From Paragordius varius (lineage: Eukaryota; Animalia; Nematomorpha), in assembly GCA_964247055.1 (NCBI GenBank), contig OZ176051.1:12090001-12154000 (forward strand): a stretch of 64,000 nt of DNA, in the 5' to 3' direction. Position numbers and translations under genes: made by a program. The stretch's first letter is position 1; every line of letters starts with the position of its first letter. The notes beneath the pieces were generated by a model. It was not told the origin of the DNA and ran no database searches. It was given only the letters and a program-made list of their open reading frames with translations. Positions 26,780 to 41,700 of the stretch are shown here, one piece after another.

Positions 26780-29700
26780 ATGATTGAACCGATTTTAAAC
26801 ATTCCACCCAAAAAGTATGGTATAATTGAGCCAAACGAAACATTTTATTTGGACCAAGAAGAAAACAGCTCTGAAACCATCACCAATTTTTTTCAATCGA
26901 AAACGAAATCTCGGCCTGAAATTGAAAATGAAAAACGTAACTTAAATGATTATAAGCTCTCTGAAGATATATATAGTAGCAACTTGCCATCAACATCAAT
27001 AACATCAGTCAAATTATTCACGGGTTGTCCAAATGTCCAAAAATTAGAGGAAAACTTAGAAACGGTCGCTCAAAACTCATCTGCTTTTCCAACTTTTTCA
27101 AATTCTAGCATTAATAATGGTCAGGCTCCATATTTGAACGGAACGTTAAGCACTTCTCCATTGATTGAAATTTCGAATGTTGAAACATTCAATATGCCTG
27201 CCTTAACGAATAAAAAGACAAAAATTTTATGCCAAACCTTAGAAAACAATTTGGGTGACATAAATTATCAAGTTGGTCATATAGTTTCCAACCAGGATAT
27301 ACTCTTCACTTCTCATGTTAATGATGGATCTGACCGTTCAAATTTTATTAGTTTTACCGATATTAATACCTGCAGCAAAAACAATAATATTAACAATTGC
27401 AATTCTATTATTCTCCATGATAATGCAAATAATCAATCTTTCGCACTTTGCAAACCCAATTCCCGTAAAAATCCTGAGAAGATCAAACTTTTTATTGGGC
27501 AAATACCAAGGGGTATGGAAGAAAAAGATCTTTTACCCTATTTCACGCCCTACGGAAAAATTATTGAATTTAGTGTTCTGAAAGACAAATTTTCAGGCCT
27601 TCACAAAGGTCCGTTTAGTTATTCATTAATATGAAAAAAAAATTAGAATTGTTTTAAAATAATCTATTCTAAATATTTCTGGGTATGTAGGATGTGCTTT
27701 CCTCACCTATGAAAACGATGAATCAGCCTTCTTAGCCCAAAAATATGTTCATGATCAAACAACTCTCCCTGGGGTAATTAACATTAGTAATTTTTTAAAA
27801 AAAAGATAATTTTTAATAAAATTAATTAACTTGCAAATCAATTTCTTAAAATATGCTCAATATTTTATTCAAATTTTTTTTATTAAATTTAAGCTTTTTT
27901 GCTGTCATTGTTAGAATGCAATATTCCAACCAACTTTTAGTTGACAGTAGCGTATGGCATATAACAATATAAGTCCATAAACGAATATTTTTTTTTCAAA
28001 AAAACAAGGGGATATTATGGATATGTATACATACAACTAAGCTTGTTTTTTTTTAAAAAAAAATTTTTATTCTTTTATGGACTAATAATGTTTCATGCCA
28101 TAGGCTACTGTAGTATTTCATTTGGTGATTTTTATTTAGTTTAAAACATATTTGTTGGGGGATGATTTAAATATAAATATGAATACTAGATGAATTATGC
28201 GTAAGACCATCTGTCACTTTGCTTATATATAGATAGATATATAGGCGTATTTTATCATTATTTCCTACCAATTTATATAATATAAGGTGCAATTAACATT
28301 TGCATTTCCTATGACTTATCTATTTTATATTATTAGGTCAATTAGTTGTTTGTATGAACAGAGGGGATTTTTATTTTCATATACATATAAATGAAACCCA
28401 TTACATACACATTAATGATAATTAATTTTATATTAATAATATATATTTATATATATAATTAATTAAAAATTAATATTATATATATGTTTTATTTTTGCAA
28501 TACCTTTCTATAAAATTGTGCTAGGTTAAAACGACATGTGTCAACTATAGAAAATAGATATATATAATTATCATTATAAAAAATTATTTGTACCTTTTTA
28601 CATATATGTATTCTACCACTAAAAATTATGCCATTATTTTCTTTAATATTGGATTTTCATCAACACACACACAATCCTAAATAAAAGATTTGACTCAATA
28701 ATAAATTTATATATTAGGGAAAGAGACTTTTCTATTTGTGAAAAGTGCAATGTACTTTAATTTTATATTAATATTCATAACTTACTATATCATTTTTATA
28801 AGTCCCGTTATAATTTTAATTAATTTTTTTGGAAAAGTTTAAAAATAAAGCTTAAAATGTTTATTTTTTTTGATTTTATCATTTATAATTAAAACTGTCT
28901 TCCTGGCTACAAATGTCAAAATTTACTCATATTAAAATACATCATAGAGTGATGTATCATTTGAAAAGAAAATTTATAACAGTTTCGTAAATATATACAG
29001 TAAGAGTAAGTATATACTTCTAGAAAGTTTTAATTATTACCAAATAGTAAATACAACCAAGGGCAGTATTATTGGCTTATAGTTATTTTTTTACTTTTTA
29101 CGATTATTAGCCAATAATACTGCCCTTGTTGTATTTACTATTTCGCAATAATTAATAACTGTCTAGCAAAGTATATATATACTTATTCATACTGTATCTC
29201 GTTTCAAAGAAATTTTAAACGTCAATCATTGTTAAATTTATACCTGTTATTTAAGTAAAAATATTAACTTAAAATTTAAATTAAATTAATTTTATATATA
29301 ATATCTCTATATAATTTTTAAAGCTTATCCGATAAAACAATTAGGATGTATCAACGGTAAATTACTTATATGTTGCAAAATATAATTAATCTTTTATTGG
29401 AAATCGATAGAGCGACAGCGCTACATTACGGATGAATTTAAATTTTAATCTAAACTCATATCAAGCCATATATAAAAAATATTTATTATTTTTCACAACA
29501 CAAAATCCAATTTAAATTTATATTACCTTATATTTTTGCTTCATGGTTCAACAAAATCATAATTTTAGCTTTATCAAATATATATGTAATATATGCATAG
29601 ATTTTCGCATTTATAAAATATTTTTTAGTTTTGCAAAAAAATTTGTGGTGGTTTTTTTCGTTAGTAAGTATTTCTGATTCCACCAATCATTTAAGTTACA

Positions 29701-32700
29701 GCGTTTAAGAATCCTCTATTGTACTTTACAATTTTTTTGAACTTCTAACTTTTTTAGTTAATAATATGAAAGTATATGCTTATACATATTAGGGCCATTT
29801 TAAACATAACCATTTGTTTTGGGGCTGCTTTAATAATGATAAAAATTGTTGACACTAAATGAATTATAGATGCGTTTCTAAAACAGATATATAATTATAA
29901 AAGGCACATACTTTTTTAATAACAATTAGTTAATCAGTGCAAGTATTTACATTAGCAATTTCATCTTTTACGGACATCAGACTGGTTTATACTTTTGGTT
30001 TAATAACTGTATAAAAACATTTTTATCATACAACTAGGCATTGATTCACACTCTAAATCAGCAGGGGGTTGTCAATACGTGGCCCTTTGAGACTTTCGGT
30101 GCGGCCCGCGAAGAATTCGAAATAATCCATGATAATTTGCAAGAACATATTTACATTTTCCAAATAGTTTTCCTTTTGAGTCCTATGTTGTTTGGTAAAA
30201 TATTTATCCATATATCGAATGCGGCCAGTCGTAATTTTAAGCAAAAAATGCGGCGCGCAAAGCCATTTGTATTGGGCATTCCTGCTCTAAATTGTTGTTT
30301 ATATTCAGAATGTCAAAAATTGTGATTTTTAAGCTATGTTCCATGATTTTGCAGGTTTGGTATGGTTTTATAATATCACACGTTTTTATCATTCTATATT
30401 ACAAAGGGGTTCTTTATATATGCAAAATGGGATTCATTTCTTTTTTCTCAAATATATAATTTGGTTTCTATGGTTCTTTAAATAATATAATATTTTACCC
30501 GTTGCATGACTTAAGCAACCTTTAAATTTTAATATCATAGAATTTGTTTAAACATAAATATTTCCCAAGACTGCTGTCCTTATGTCAGGTCATCAAATTT
30601 TGGTGATGTTAATAAATGTGGAGTTAAGGAGATTTGTTTAATAAATAATGTCAATTTGTTGTAGAAGGAAGGAAGGGTCTTTTATTTATGATTTTTGGAA
30701 TTTTATCGATTTTTCTCCTACTTAAAGTTGCTAACTAGCGTGTTATCTCTGCTATATAATTTGTTTAAAAAGCCTAATCTTTGTTTATATCAAATAAGAA
30801 AAAGCATTTTCCAATATATTTCTAGTTGTATCTACATATATAAGGATTTTATCTAACATATTTACTGTAGTTTGTATCTAGCATTTGCGAAAAAAGACTG
30901 TTTATATTAAATATGTTTGCTTATGTTTGGATTTAAGATGATAAGAAGCCATAGAATATATATAATACAAAATAAATATAAATAAAAGATAAGGGAAAAA
31001 ACGTAATATACATACGACATCATTTATACAGAAAATCTATATTTTTGTCCTTAACGCGCACGAACCTACCAAAATAAAGTCTAATGTTTAATTTATTCTC
31101 CCTTATACAATCCTAATTAATATGTAATATAAGTTTAAATTTTCTAACCTCTGAATATAATATCATCTAGTCATACCTGGCCCATATATTACGTTTAAGC
31201 TAAAATTTGACAACCTTATCAGATATCTTCTATAAATACTATGAAGTCTATCATATTCTTTAATTTATAGTTTTTCAATTTGAATGCAATTAATTCTGCT
31301 CCATTTAATGAATATTTTCAATCCGCAATATTAAACTGATTCCCCCAATTTTATTTATATATAAAGCAAACTTTTTGTTTTTGGGGCCCTTTTTTCCAAT
31401 TAAAACATAATATTATGACATCTTCAATCATTCCGAAATCATTTAATATATGTCCTAATTCGTCCCAAGATACATTTAGTAAAAGCATCCCTCTAAGTAC
31501 TGTTAAAAATTCAGTTACAGATGAAAAGGTATAATATGATAGTTTTTAAAAACTTTTTTGATTGGCAGAAAGATTGACGTTTGATAATGCACTACATATT
31601 GTAAAGTTTGTTAAGAAAATATAATCATGTATCTTTTATTTTATCAATAATTTATTTTTTTTCGTTAAATGAGTACAAATATTTGGTAAAGAATGGAAAT
31701 ATGATGAATATGATATTGTTAATATCACAGAGCTCTTCTTTTTTCCATTCTTTAACAAATATTTATCCCCATTTAACGAAAGAAAATAAATTTTTGAAAA
31801 AATAAAGAATACATGAATGTAATAAATAAAATTTGTTCTTTTTTATGTTTTGAGAAATAGGGTACTGTAATTTTTTTATATTAACACTCTTTATATACGA
31901 AGACCTAAATTTCTTTTTGCTTCACAAGAGCTAATTTTTACGGCTATGAAAACGCCCTTATTCACATATAAAATTATCAGTTCTTATATATCTTTAAAGT
32001 GAAAAATAATATCAAAATTATAAATCAATCCTGTTGACATGAAACATAGAGAGAGAGAGTTTCAGAAAGAATTATAATGTCTTTTATTGATTACAAACAA
32101 GCTTTTGATTCGATAAATGATGATTTCTGTGGGGAACATTATATTATTAGGGGTATCGTCCCACTTAATAAGATTGATTAGCTGTCTCTATGTAAAACAA
32201 ACAGTGAATGCCTATCTTGAAAGCAGTCAAACAAGGGTGTTGCTTATCCCCTTATCTGTTCAATATGTGCACAGAAATGATAATGAGGAAATTAGATGGT
32301 AAAAATATTGGAGTAAGAATAGGAGGGAGAACAATCAATTATTTAAGGTTTGCAGACGATATCACTCTTATAGCTTAAAGTGTAAGTAATTTAAAGGAAT
32401 TGATTGAAAAGATTCGAAAGGAAAGTTTGAGTTATGGTATTTAACCCTTATAAAACCAAAATATTATGTACTGGAGAAAGGCCTACAATAATATAGATGA
32501 AATGAAAACAGAAGTAGTTAATCAATTAACATTTTTTGGTGCTATAATTTCCGAGGATGGCTCTTCAAATGCTGACATCATAGAGAGAATAGGATTGGAT
32601 AGAGAAGCGATGACCAAATAAATAAAGATTTGGAAAAACAAAAGCGTAGGAGTTAAAACTAAAAGATTACTCTACTGTTTCGTTCACCTGGTAACCACGT

Positions 32701-35700
32701 ATGGTTGTGAGAGCTGGACTCTCAGAAAAAGGGACAAAGAAAGGATGGCTTTCTAAAGGAGCTGCTGGCGTGGAATTCTAGGATACACCTGGAAGGATAA
32801 AATTAAGAATGGATATCTAACTACAGAAATAAATCCTAGAACAAACACCCTGGAGATGATTCTAAAAAGAACGTTAACATAGGTCATGTCATGCGATCGA
32901 ATTCAATAGAGAAAGACACAATATTTGGAAAGGTAGAATGACAAAGGTAACGAGGCCGACCACCCATGAGGTGGTATTTCAATGCAGCGGTAAAAGGTAG
33001 AAGGAAGTGGAAACCAATAGTGAAAATATCCAAAAAGTTGTTTACGACTTAGGAATAACCAACCAACCAGACAACTTTTAAGCAAATATCATCTGAATTT
33101 ATTATAAACTATTTAATATTAATTTTCACTATTTACTGTATTATCTCATCAGTGATACACGTAACTTGATGTGATTTACTAGTGACAAAGTGTGTTACGC
33201 ATAAATTTATAATCAGAAAATTATTTACAATTAATTTATTGAGAGAAATAGGATATAATAATAAGGCTATGATAAAATTGAGGATTAGTCAGTGCTATAC
33301 TATTCAAAAAGTCCAAAATTAAATCCAAAATAAGCTACGCATTTTTACAACTTTTATTTAATATTTTTTATATAAATTGCAAAAATTTTATGTTTTAGAT
33401 GAGCAGACCCATGCAAGTGAAACCCGCGGATACAGAAAATAAAAATCAAGAAAGAAAGCTATTTGTTGGCATGTTAGGAAAACATCAAAACGAAGATGAC
33501 GTCCGGGAAATGTTTAATTCTTTTGGTACCATAGAAGAATGTACCATTCTTAGGGGCACTGATGGTGTCAGTCGAGGTTCACTTAAATATTTAAATTTTA
33601 AAAATTTTTGTAAATAAGGCGTTCACAGTTATGTATAATCTATTATGGTAAAATTATTTAGTTTTGATAAGACAAGAAATTTTCTATAACTTCCTTTAGG
33701 TTGTGCATTTGTCAAATTCCAGACTCAACAAGAAGCCCAGAGCGCTATAGCCAGCCTCCATGGAAGCAAAACAATGCCTGTATAAAATTTTCTTATTATA
33801 AATATTCAGCAGAAATCATTATTTAACCCTGTCAATTATAAGTTTCTAAAGTTCCTGCGACTGTAAATTATTTGTTTCTTGGAAAACCCTAATTACTTAC
33901 AGAGGCGTAGCTTGCATTTCTGACGCCCCTTCCCCTGTATGGGACCCCTGCTTTTTTAAAAAATAACCAAATTTAAATTATGGTCATGACCACTCATAAA
34001 TTGGTCATTTTCTTATGTTTTATTTAAATAATAACTTTTGAATAACTAATTTTTTGAGACAAAATTAAATAAAATTTCCCCTTTCCCCACGAGCTACGCC
34101 TCTAATTACCCAATCTAGCGCATTGGAAATATTTATCAAAAAATTCACCTATATTTTGCCTTAGGTTCTATTGCTAAACCTATCAGCTTAAAATTTATTC
34201 ATCGGGCATTTGTAAGAATTAAAAATTTGACTGATATTTGAATTAATATTTGGAGGTACAATAATGTGAAAATTAGATTAACACCGAAAAAATGCAAATT
34301 GTGTAAACATTATTTGATCTATAAATGATATGAATTGTATTAATTATTTTTTTTCAAATAATTGTTTCTTAAATACAGTTTTTCCCATTTTTAGCAATAG
34401 TGCGTAATCACAAATTTATTTTAAAAAATTAACCAAATTTTTTTCTCCAACCACATTAAAATCAGTTATCACCCTTTCCAATGGCTTCGAATATTCGGTC
34501 AATTATGTTACATCGGGAATCTAAATCTAGCATTTAACTCTCTTTTAATCCATTTTTTCACAGTATTTAGGTAATTGTTTTTCGAAAATTTAACCATTAA
34601 CTCGTTTAAACAATCTATTCCTTCTGGGATACAATTTTAAATTTAAAATAACCATTTTTAGAAAGTAGGGTGTTGTTCTTGGTTAGTTGAACACAAAAGG
34701 CATATATGCATTTTTGCATGATCCCTTCCCTTCACAAAATATTTTGATGGTAGATTTCGGGAAATTATTTATAAACCATATTAATAAACATAGGCATTAT
34801 TAATATATGCCACCTTTGGGCGTTGAGTTTATCGAGTTTTTAGAAAACTTATTAGGGAATACGGGGTCTCATATCCCTAAATACTAATTCAGGGACAGAA
34901 CATATAATAACACAAATAATTGGAAAACCAGACTTCATTAATATTTGAGTATTAAGTTTTTAATATATATTCAAGTATGGAATTAAACGCTTAAAATTGT
35001 AATAATTTAATTAAATATCACCGACAGAAAACAGTCGAAATCCCCGATCTAAAAATATTAAAAAACCAAGTTTTTCCCAAATTAAAATCCTGGAATCATT
35101 CAGAAAGCTTGGTAAATTAACAATTGAGTCAATTATATTAAAACCTTAGCATGCCTTAATTTAGCTATAATATCTAGGTACATTCTTATGGCCTAAATAA
35201 CAGGTTCAATTAAAGTTTTCCTTATAATTTTGGGTATTCTATCTAAAATGAAAACCAAATATTAAGCATATTTGCTGTAGATGTTGGTTTATTGCGTTAT
35301 ATTTTATTTATAGCTATATGCAACAATCTATGATGTCTAAAATCCCTTACTTCACTTAAAGCTTAACCGCTTGAAACGTAAAAAAAAGAGACCCATATAT
35401 AAGGTGACCAGACGTCCCGCTTTTGGCGGGACAGTCCCGCTTTTTCACACTTTGTCCCGCCTCCCGCTACGTTTTGGAAATGTCCCGCTTTTTCACGATA
35501 TAAAAAATTGTTTTTAATACATTTAAATTTTTCATAAAAAAAATTATTTTTTTATCCGTTTAATTAAATTTTTTATCATTAGTTATCCTTAAAATCTATA
35601 TCAATTTTGAATGAAATTTTTTTTAAAATTAAAAATATTTATTTTTTTCGAATTCATATAATATGATTATACACTTTGCTTCCTACTCCTACTGCCAACA

Positions 35701-38700
35701 TTATCAAAAAAGGCAAATTAACTCTTCGATTCAAATTGGGGTATTTAAATACCCGAGACTAAATTTGAGTTATGAATTTCCAAAAACTACTGAAAGGTCC
35801 CAATTTAAATTTATGCTTCTATCCTAAGAAAAATTATATAAATATGCCAAAATATCTAAATAAAATTTTGTTTTCAAAAAAAGTTTCATGTCAAATTACT
35901 TCGATGCCATTTTTATTTTGCTAAATTTTTGCAAAATATCGTCTTCTTTTAATTTTAAGGGTAAAATTAAAGCTTATTTTTTATTTAAAATACATCTAAA
36001 ATTGATAGAAATAGAAAAAGTTGTTTATTTTGTATAATTCAATTTTACCATGGCACGCATGTCACGTTAACTAAATTTTTACCTTTCGGTTTTAGCTAAA
36101 AATAATTAATATCAAGTGTTTTCGAATAAATTTTTTTATATATTTCGGTTTATAAATGTTATATAAGTGCAAGATTTTGCTATGGTATCGATTCTTCCCA
36201 TATTTTTTAAAGAATTTAATTTTAAACAGGCCTGGGGTATTTAACTACCCCAATTTGAATCAAAGAACTAAAATGAATGTGTTGTATCCAAGTGTTGATA
36301 TCACAAATCGGTAGCTTATACGTTTACTTTACAAAATTAAGGTAATATAATATTTTTTTTACTAATATTAGTTTTAAAATATGAGTACAAAAAGAGGTTG
36401 TAAATTCAACGATGATGAAAGAATTTCCTTTTATCAAAAAGAAGAAGAATCAATCATTTGTTAAATGTTCTTAATGCGAGGGGGAATTCACCCTAGACAT
36501 GCGGCAAGCATGATATTACAAAGCATATGGAAAGACAGAAACATAAAAATTTTTAAGAAATGGCGGCATCATCTTACAAAATGAGGGATTTTTTTTAAAA
36601 TTCCCGGGGAAAATTTCGACATAATATTTATTTCAATAATGAATATTCTAGGAAAAAATAATTTAAAAGACAAAATCATCGCATTGCGCTGACAACACCA
36701 ATACGAACTTCGGTGGAAAAGCAAGGAGGGGAACAAAAAATATTTTGTTGGGTGTGCAGCTCATATACACAACGCTATTCAAACAGCTGCTGATTTTTAA
36801 CCCCTAGATGTGAAAAATGTAGTTGTTAAAATATATTACTATTTATATATACACAGTGCGCGGTGAAACACTTAAAGAATTCTGTGAAAATGAAATAGTT
36901 CAATATCAAAAAATGCTTGGATATTGTAAAACTCGTTGATTAGCTCTTCTGCCAGCTATCGAAAGAATTTTAAAAATGTATGATCCTTTAAAATCCTATT
37001 TTTTATCACAGGACAAATGTCCTACAACTTTAACTTTAAAGTGATTCTCTAAAAATATGGTTGGAGTTCCTACATAATCAAGCTTCTCTCTTTCAAAATG
37101 TTATTAAGATAGAAAAAGCCAAAATTTCGGCAATCGAAGTAGCCAATCAAGTTCTCAACCTAAAATTCCAATGTCAAGAATGGTTAGAAAATAATTTTAT
37201 ACCATTAACCCTCCGCAATATTATAAATAAATTAGAAAAACAAGGCTTTATAAATCGCCATCCTGTACTGTACCATATAAAATTGTTTTAAAACTGTGAA
37301 GATTATTTGGAAGATTGGACGGTGCAATTTATTGAAATCGATCATTTCATTGGATAACATTAACACTTGGATACAAAACATTCATTTTAGTCCTTCGATT
37401 AAAATTGGGGTAGTTGGATGCCCCAGGCCTGTTTAAAATTAAACTCTTTAAAAAATATGGAATGAATTGTCATGGCAAAAGTTTGCACTTTTAAAACATT
37501 AATAAACCGAAATATATAAAATTTTTTATTTAAAAATACTTGATATTAATTATTTTAATGAAAAACCCAAAGGTAAAAAATTAAGTCACCGTGACATGTG
37601 TGCAATGGTTAATTGAAAAATAATACAAAATAAACCGCTTTTTCTATTTCTAACAATGTTAGATGTAATTTAAATAAAAAAATAGCTTTAATACCCTTAA
37701 AATAAAAGACAATATTACAAAATTTTTGCAAAATAAAAAAGGCGTCGAAGTAGTTTGACATGGAACTTTTTTTACAACGAAATTTTATCTCGATATTTTG
37801 ACTTATTTATATAATTTTTATTAGGATAGAAGCATAAATTTAAATTAAGACAATTTCCTTCAGTAGTTTTTTAAAAATAATAATTTAAATTTATTCTGGG
37901 GTATTTAGATCCAATTTGAATAGAAGTGTTAAAACCAGAATTTAATTGGTGCGATGTTTAAAAATCATTTGATTACATCTGCATCTCCCAAAAATTCCCA
38001 AAAAGTAATCTTTCAGAAAAGGATATTTTTTCTGAAGTATCATTAGTTAAAAATTATATTCATAATGAAAAACTTAAATTATGGACAATGAAAAACATAC
38101 AGTAGAAAAGAAATGGTTGAAAATATTTCATCATTTTAAAACAAACTATGTTCGATACAATAATAATTTAAAAATTGTGGATTCGCACTATCTTGCCCTG
38201 GAACAAACGCTGCTACTGAGCGCGTTCACAGTAAATTAAGTATGGACATCGAAAAAATCAAATTGTTGAAACTTTAAAGGCCATTTCATCTGAATATAAT
38301 TTGAAAAATTCTTGTGAAGATTTCTACAATATTTTAAAAAAGGATGACAATCTGCTAAAACGCATTCACTCATATAAAAAATATACCAAGGAATAAAATA
38401 TTTTTTTATATTTTTAATGTATTTGTGTTAAAAATAAATAAATATTACATTATATTTTTTGTATAAAAATTTTTGGTTGTACCCCCCACATGCCCCCCTA
38501 TCTCAGATTTGTCCCGCTTTTTCTTTCAAAAAATCTGGTCACCTTACCCATATAACATTGTTGGTCAAATCTCCCATTATTTTTGAAATAACAACAATCG
38601 GTCAAAATTACAATTTTTCCCTAGCTCAGAAATTAAGTTGTAATTTTCAATTATGGACAAAATTTGTTCTTTTTATCCATACGCTACTGTTGTGCCAATT

Positions 38701-38728
38701 AGCCAACATTAATCAACATTAATGTGCA

Positions 38729-38765
<37 letters not shown>

Positions 38766-41700
38766 TAAATTTATAATTTTGCAGGGTGCTTCGTCCAGCC
38801 TCGTGGTCAAATTTGCGGACAATGAGAAAGAGCGCCAAATCCGTAGAATGCAACAGCTGACCGCAGCGGCCGCCGCGGCTGCAGCAGCAGCTGCTAGCAC
38901 CAATTTGGGTGCGGCTCTCGCAGCTGCTGCCGCAAACGGTTATAACGCTTCAAAGTACCTTTACTTTCATATTTAATTTGAATAATTTTATATCTTAAAT
39001 TTGTATTAGTTCGTTTATACAATTTTGCAATGTTAAATTCGTATTGAATTTTACTATTTTTAATTACAGATTTCAAGGTATATCATTTATATCTTTCTTA
39101 AAGTTTAGACTATATCTCAAATTATCATTTTTAGACATTTAGTTTTTATCAATTATATATGTAATTTGTCAAATTTTTTTGTGGATATGTATCATTTTTA
39201 AAATATCCAGTTTCTAGCATTCGTGTTATTTTAAAGATGTGCCAAAAAAATTTCAATATTATCAATTTTCTATTCATTAAGAAAATATTGATCACTAATT
39301 ATATTAATTAATATAATAGCCATCGCTAAGGACTAAATAATTTATAATTAAATTTCCAACCACCTAGATTTATTTTAATGACAAAACCAAAAATTCAATG
39401 CTAAATTTTTTTATAATTTTACCATTGGAGAATTTCATATTCATATTTGACGTATAAAATTTTTATTTTTGTGGTAAGAATACTGTAGTATATTTACAAT
39501 GTCTCACCTTTTTTGGATCATACCATATTCATTCTTATTTAACATGTATAGTTATAACTGTTCACCGGCAAACACACCCATAAACCCGTCTAATTTGGGG
39601 TTCAGCGTTTATCCTTTAATTATGGGCACGCCCAATCTGAGTGGAGTGTCTGGGTTAGGGTCTTCAACAAACAATCTTGCCAACCTGTCCAATACTAACC
39701 CATTTCAAGTGATCATAAAATTAGATTATATCAGGGAAATCAATTTTCGAATTTCCCCCTGTAAAATGTATTGAATTTAATATGAAATGTATAGACCAGA
39801 GAAATAACTTAACAATTTAAAAAATATTAATATATGCTTACAAGATAACAACAAAAACTTTAGCATCCAGCATCATTAAAATAACGACTCAATGGTGGGT
39901 AATATACAAGCGCATTATCCGTTGGTCTTTTTTCTCAATAACTATTTAACCTTAATATTAACCATACCTTTCTATTAAAAATCATAAACCATTTAGATAT
40001 ACATCAAAAAGATTTTTTCAAAAGCTAATTTATATATTTTGTATTTGGCTCAAAAGTGTCCACAAAATAAAGATCTAAAATTTTACAAGGGCGGTAGACT
40101 AATTTTAGTTACAATTTTTAATTAATTAATTTTGTATATTTAATCACTTTTACTTGCAAACTAGGAGATATGATTGTGGCATTATATTGTTAAATATATA
40201 TCATTTACAGTTCAAATTCGCCCTTTAACAATTCATATTCACCTTCAAAAAATTCAAATTTACCCTTGAACAATTCAACTTCACCCTAAAAAAATTATGT
40301 TTCCAACTAATATAAATAACTCATTATTATGAATATCTTTTTGTCATATTTATTATTTATTCAGTATTATTTAATGAAACGAAGTTTTATTTTTTAAAAA
40401 TATAAAAAATATAGCTAATTTTAAATCAAAAATATATAATTTTGAGGGTTAATTTGAATTGATTGAGGGTGAATTTGAATTGTTCAAGGGTGAATTTGAA
40501 TTATTTAAGGGTGAATTTACATTGTTCAAGGGTGAATTCAAATTGTTTAAGGATGAATTTGAATTGTTCAAGGGTAATTGTTTAAGGGTGAATTTGAATT
40601 GTAAATGGTATATAAATAATATATTGGCTATGAATGCGTTGGAAATGTAAATTATCTCGAGTTTGTTAATTTTGTATGATAATAATAATCAATCATTTAT
40701 CTATATATACATATATCTATATAACTATAAAAGATTGCACCCCCAAACATAATTGGTCAAAGTTACAATGGAAATGGTTTGAATGGGCATCAAACTACCC
40801 CGTTTTACATTACGCCTCAACCAACAGGCGGTCCAACCTTTTTAAACGGTTCCCTCAACAATCTTAGCGTTATTTCACAACAAACTAATTCAATGGAAAA
40901 TGTGCCACCATCTACCCCATTGGGACAGGTGTGTGGGCATTAATATATGCGTAAATAAGATACAGTTTAATAGATATAATATATTGTTTTTGTTTGACAC
41001 AATCAAAATTATTAGATTTTTTTTATATAATTAAAATAATATTATATGAATCCTTGAATGACATGTGCCCACAGGCTTGAAAATTTTTTTTTATTTTTTT
41101 AAAAGCATCCGGTAGGGAGCTTAAATAAAATTTTTTCATAGTTTTTGTTTAATTCATTATTAATTACCAGGAATCGAAATTGACACCGTTTATGATTACA
41201 GTTTCTAGAGTTTTTTTTCCACCAGTGGTTCGTATAATTCTTTAAAACAATCATGTTGTAATATCCATTTATTTGTTTCTATAATATCATTTTTTTCCTA
41301 AAAACATTTAGGTTTCACATTCAAACATTTCGGGTCATCCCAATTTCCTAACTTTCAGTAATTATGGCAGTGGGCAAAGCACTCCAGGAAGTTTGGTGGG
41401 AATACCATTAGCAGCTTTGACTGCGCAACACAACCATCCAACCACACCTACTGTTTTAGGTATTTCTTTTTTGCTTAAATTTACAAACATGTGTCCAATA
41501 CGCTTAGTTCGGCGCAAAATCCACGAAAAAAATGTTTGATCAAAAATTTACGATTATTTAGAATAAGTATCATCCATAAAATTGTTAAAATTAATGAAAA
41601 CTATTATAATTATCAAAGCAACCCGCGAAATATCTGTGTTCAACACCTCTAATTAAATTAAAACAAATTTTTTTTGGAAAAAGAGTGAATAACATACGTT

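Larger units (their letters stand above)
35400..38546 (+). mobile_element. Decayed hAT (Blackjack-type) transposon with transposase pseudogene, in CELF intron 4
   Basis: Perfect 13-bp TIR TAAGGTGACCAGA/TCTGGTCACCTTA, perfect 8-bp TSD CCCATATA, and subterminal GTCCCGC repeats. Broken transposase frames at 36380-38390 include [41 protein letters not shown] and [10 protein letters not shown]. Confidence 0.92.

Noticed and set aside
37061-37291. 76-aa ORF that might be an independent gene
   Set aside because: It is a surviving fragment of the decayed hAT transposase.
40459-40650. ORF with a repeating GEFELFK heptapeptide
   Set aside because: It is the translation of the 21-bp tandem unit of a foldback element arm; there is no evidence of a gene.
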